Of a DNA stretch of 64,000 nucleotides, positions 62,498-64,000 are shown piece after piece (position 1 is the first letter of the stretch; each line of letters begins with the position of its first letter). Source of the DNA: Opitutales bacterium (lineage in GTDB: Bacteria; Verrucomicrobiota; Verrucomicrobiia; Opitutales; PNEW01). Made by a program: the position numbers and the translations under genes. Under the pieces are notes generated by a model, which was given only the letters and a program-made list of their open reading frames with translations, searched no databases and was not told the origin of the DNA. Location of the stretch: contig CBDANS010000006.1 in assembly GCA_965197745.1 (NCBI GenBank), positions 960,001 to 1,024,000 on the forward strand. Reading direction: 5' to 3'.

Positions 62498-63274
62498 TCA
62501 TTGAATTTTTATCTCGACTCTTTGTCCTACCTCTAAGCCGAATTCCTTTTTTGCGTTCCCTCTATTTACCGCAATTTCCAAATAACCTCCAGAACCTTCG
62601 TAGGCAAGGGGATTGCCGTCGGCCACATTACCAAATAGTTTTGCCAGTGGAAATAAATCTTTTCCCACTAACACACGCATTTTATCAGCTTGAAACTTCT
62701 CTTCCATATCGGCGACGATGATATTAGTTATAGCATTGCCGTAGTGGTCGATGTAGACAATCTCCCCTCTCGTCTCCATCTCTTGATAATTAACTTGTGG
62801 CCAGTTCAGTGTCTCTAATTCCTCTATTCGTGGTCCAATTTCTGCGATTTTAATTCCATTGGCAAGATGCCCCGCAACGGGAGCAAAAATATCACGGCCA
62901 TGAAAAGTATGGCTGGGTCGCGCGTGGATATATTTTTGATTTTCGATCAGGTGAATTTCATAATCTCTACCCATTAAAAAAGAGAAGATACCGTTGTCAG
63001 GTCCAACCAGATAAGACTGTCCCAGGCGTATCGCAATCGCGTTTCTATCTGTTCCCACCCCAGGATCAACCACGCATAAAAAAATTGTCTGCTCGGGGAA
63101 TTCCCGAAAGCATTGAGCGAGGACGAACGCTGCCGAGCGGACATCCCCAGGCTTGATCTCATGCGTAATGTCAACACAGTTCGCGTTTGGCGAAATCCGG
63201 AGTATGCAGCCTTTCATACTGGCCACATACCAGTCTTGTCTTCCGAAATCTGTCAGGATAGCTACTGTGTTCAT
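62498..63274 (-). CDS. SAM hydroxide adenosyltransferase / chlorinase-fluorinase family (DUF62)
   Basis: LTDFG, VVDPGVGT, GPDNG, TFHGRDIFAP, IDHYGNAITN. Confidence 0.92.
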   Translation of the reverse strand: MNTVAILTDFGRQDWYVASMKGCILRISPNANCVDITHEIKPGDVRSAAFVLAQCFREFPEQTIFLCVVDPGVGTDRNAIAIRLGQSYLVGPDNGIFSFLMGRDYEIHLIENQKYIHARPSHTFHGRDIFAPVAGHLANGIKIAEIGPRIEELETLNWPQVNYQEMETRGEIVYIDHYGNAITNIIVADMEEKFQADKMRVLVGKDLFPLAKLFGNVADGNPLAYEGSGGYLEIAVNRGNAKKEFGLEVGQRVEIKIQ

Positions 63275-63351
63275 AATGATTAATGTTATAAATAGATTAT
63301 AACATCTTTAATGAACATTAAACATGGCGGGATTAATGCGCGGCCGTTATT

Positions 63352-64000
63352 TTATCCTTTTATCTGGTTATAAATTCTACCGCCGATAAAGCGCGCTTCA
63401 TTCTCAAGTTGACGCTGGATTCTCAGGACTTCATTCCATTTAACGGTTCTTTCACTTCTCGCGAAAGATCCTGCTTTCAATTGACCTGCATTCGTAGCGA
63501 CAGCGAGATGATCAATAAAGGTGTCTTCTGTCTCCCCAGATCTCCCGGAAACTACCGGGAGCCATCCGGCTTCTTGCGTGCGTTTAATACAGGCAAGAGT
63601 CTCGGTAACCGTCCCAATCTGATTGAGCTTAATCAAGACACTGTTGGCTATACTTTCACTGATGCCTTTTTCAATCCGCTTTATATTCGTCGTAAACAAG
63701 TCGTCACCGATAATCTGAATCTTTTTCCCCATGGCGTGCGTGAACCGAGCCCATCCCTCCCAGTCATTTTCGGCAAGAGGGTCTTCGATTGAAACAATTG
63801 GATATTCTTCACACCATTTAACCATAAGATCACAAAATTCTGCGGAGGAATACGTTTTATTTTCCAACCCCAACTTATAACTTCCCTCAATAAAAAATTC
63901 CGTCGCCGCGATATCAAGCGATAGAGCGATATCCTTACCCGCATCATAGCCGGCTTCATTAATCGCATTGAGAAGCACGACAAAGACTTCTTCATTAGAT
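63352..64000 (-). CDS. eno: Enolase (divergent type), 3' part; start lies outside the window
   Basis: SIEDP, GDDLFTTN, LIKLNQIGT, RSGETED. Confidence 0.92.
   Translation of the reverse strand, partial: SNEEVFVVLLNAINEAGYDAGKDIALSLDIAATEFFIEGSYKLGLENKTYSSAEFCDLMVKWCEEYPIVSIEDPLAENDWEGWARFTHAMGKKIQIIGDDLFTTNIKRIEKGISESIANSVLIKLNQIGTVTETLACIKRTQEAGWLPVVSGRSGETEDTFIDHLAVATNAGQLKAGSFARSERTVKWNEVLRIQRQLENEARFIGGRIYNQIKG

Overview
Bacterial chromosomal window, most likely Verrucomicrobiota (Opitutia-like, judged from 16S motifs and gene families). It holds a complete minus-strand rRNA operon (16S, tRNA-Ala, tRNA-Ile, 23S, 5S), tRNA-Pro, and an AcoABC/PDH-like E1a-E1b-E2 catabolic operon with VOC, SDR and amidohydrolase genes. 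It also has a decaying TPR-TPR-ExbB locus, a dead IS3 element with a 4-bp target duplication, a frameshifted ~1158-aa Ig-repeat surface protein and a TetR-RND efflux operon. Other genes include dsbD, an EF-G paralogue with a YbaK deacylase, pdxH, ggt, lysA, a Zn-dehydrogenase/14-repeat FG-GAP/GH-A operon, a sirtuin and a divergent enolase. The most unusual signal is non-coding: several families of short palindromic repeats nested inside one another. One 24-43 bp micro-insert (TWCCGAG-variable core-CGACA...CA) sits in three unrelated hosts: twice in the IS3 transposase, in four copies of a GTCATTGCGAG repeat whose empty versions are also present, and in a heptamer tract. This suggests an independently mobile ultra-short element. 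All assignments come from reading the sequence by eye; no searches were run.
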